This document shows positions 61,601 through 64,000 of a stretch of 64,000 nt of DNA, piece by piece. The notes below the pieces were generated by a model, which worked only from the letters and a program-made list of their open reading frames with translations, ran no database searches and was not told the origin of the DNA. Origin of the DNA: Heptranchias perlo. Its lineage: Eukaryota. Numbering within the stretch: the first letter of the stretch is position 1; the number at the start of each line of letters is the position of its first letter. Location of the stretch: assembly GCF_035084215.1 (NCBI RefSeq), contig NC_090329.1:123256001-123320000 (forward strand), read 5' to 3'. The position numbers and the translations under genes are program-made.

Positions 61601-64000
61601 GACACACACACTCCCTCACACTCCCACACACACTCCCTCACACACTCCCTCACACATTCCCTCACACACTCCCTCACACACTCCCTCACACAGACACACA
61701 CACAATCCCACACACACTCCCACACACACTCCCTCACACACTCCCTCACACACTCCCTCANNNNNNNNNNNNNNNNNNNNNNNNNNNNNNNNNNNNNNNN
61801 NNNNNNNNNNNNNNNNNNNNNNNNNNNNNNNNNNNNNNNNNNNNNNNNNNNNNNNNNNNNNNNNNNNNNNNNNNNNNNNNNNNNNNNNNNNNNNNNNNNN
61901 NNNNNNNNNNNNNNNNNNNNNNNNNNNNNNNNNNNNNNNNNNNNNNNNNNNNNNNNNNNNTTAGTAACTTTCAAAAGGGAATTGGATAAATACTTAAAGG
62001 GAAAACATTTTCAGGGCTATGGGGAAAGAGCAGGGGAGTGGGACACACTCCCACACACACTCGCTCACACACTCCCACACACACTCCCTCACACACTCCC
62101 ACACACACTCCCACACACACTCCCTCACACTCCCTCACACACTCCCACACACACTCCCTCACACTCCTCACACACTCCCACGACACACTCCCTCACACAC
62201 TCCCACACACACTCCCTCACACACTCCCACACACACTCCCACACACACTCCCACACACACTCCCTCACACACTCCCTCACACACACACACACACACTCCC
62301 TCACACACCCTCACACACTCCCTCACACACTCCCAAACACACTCCCTCACACACTCCACACACACTCCTCACACACTCCCACACACACTCCCACACACAC
62401 TCCCTCACACACTCCCACACACACTCCCTCACACAGGAACACACACACTCCCTCACACACTCCCTCACACACTCCCACACACACTCCCTCACACACACAC
62501 ACACACACTCCCTCACACACCCACACACACTCCCACACACACTCCCACACACACTCCCTCACACACTCCCTCACACACTCCCTCACACACTCCCACACAC
62601 ACTCCCTCACACACTCCCTCACACACTCCCACACACACTCCCTCACACACTCCCACACACACTCCCTCACACACTCCCACACACACTCCCACACACACTC
62701 CCACACACACTCCCTCACACACTCCCACACACACTCCCTCACACACTCCCACACACACTCCCTCACACACTCCCACACACACTCCCTCACACACTCCCAC
62801 ACACACTCCCCACACACTCCCACACACTCCCACACACACTCCCACACACACTCCCACACACACTCCCTCACACACTCCTCACACACACACACACACTCCC
62901 TCACACACTCCACACACACTCCCACACACACTCCCACACACACTCCCTCACACACTCCCACACACACTCCCTCACACACACACACACACTCCCTCACACT
63001 CCCACACACACTCCCTCACACAGACACACACACACTCCCTCACACTCCCTCACACACTCCCACACACACACACACACACTCCCTCACACTCCCTCACACT
63101 CCCACACACACTCCCTCACACACTCCCACACACACTCCCTCACACAGACACACACACACACACACACACTCCCTCACACAGACACACACACACTCCCTCA
63201 CACACTCCCACACACAGACACACACACACTCCCTCACACACTCCCACACACAGACACACACACACTCCCTCACACACTCCCTCACACAGACACACACACA
63301 GACACACACACACTCCCACACACAGACACACACACACTCCCTCACACACTCCCTCACACACTCCCACACACACTCCCTCACACTCCCACACACACTCCCT
63401 CACACACTCCCTCACACACTCCCACACACACTCCCACACACCTCCCACACACACTCCCACACACACTCCCACACACACTCCCACACACACTCCCTCACAC
63501 ACTCCCACACACAGACACACACACACTCCCTCACACACTCCCACACACTCCCTCACACACTCCCACACACACTCCCACACACACTCACACACACTCCCTC
63601 ACACACACCCACACACACTCCCACACACTCCCTCACACACTCCCACACACAGACACACACACACTCCCTCACACACTCCCACACACACTCCCTCACACTC
63701 CCACACACACTCCCTCACACTCCACACACACTCCACACACACTCCCACACACACTCCCTCACACACTCCCACACACAGACACACACACACTCCTCACACC
63801 TCCCTCACACACTCCCACACACACTCCCTCACACACTCCCACACACACTCCCACACACACTCCCTCACACTCCCACACACACTCCTCACACACTCCTCAC
63901 ACACTCCACACACTCCCTCACACAGACACACACACACTCCCTCACACAGACACACACACTCCTCACACACTCCCACACACACTCCCACACACACTCCCTC
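46653..64000. repeat. Very large CA-rich satellite, 12-bp core cacactccc(t/a)ca with caggaa and cagaca variants
   Basis: Continuous tandem repetition, interrupted by N runs (about 46827-46977, 55800-55937, 56810-56969, 61761-61960) and preceded by a gap at 46451-46652. Confidence 0.98.
61961..62043 (+). mobile_element. Short CR1 3' fragment next to a gap inside the satellite
   Basis: ttcaaaagggaattggataaatactt..ggggaaagagcaggggagtggga. Confidence 0.75.

Noticed and set aside
46388-63994. Cys/Val-rich ORFs (VCEG/CVRE), superficially metallothionein- or keratin-associated-like
   Set aside because: Translations of a TG-rich satellite in multiple frames, some spanning N gaps.

Overview
Vertebrate genomic DNA, most likely from a cartilaginous fish (inferred from the CR1, L2 and SacSINE1-like repeats). 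The only recognisable host gene is the 3' end of the bicistronic molybdenum cofactor gene MOCS1 on the + strand: exon 8 (346-466), exon 9 with the MOCS1A/MoaA GG-stop and two donors 15 nt apart (1900-1962), and exon 10 encoding MOCS1B/MoaC (6190-7046). Exon numbers follow the human gene. The rest is nested retroelement DNA and tandem repeats. It includes many CR1 and L2 fragments and tRNA-derived SINEs. Two Penelope-like insertions have inverted pseudo-LTRs carrying minimal hammerhead ribozymes; one is a 285-bp non-coding fold-back mini-element. A near-intact full-length CR1 (zinc finger plus SGNH esterase ORF1, TAATG-overlapping ORF2) carries a 5.2-kb GC-rich minisatellite at its 5' end. There are several other minisatellites and a >17-kb CA-rich satellite with assembly gaps. 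No database search was possible, so family names come from motif recognition and repeat boundaries are approximate unless stated.
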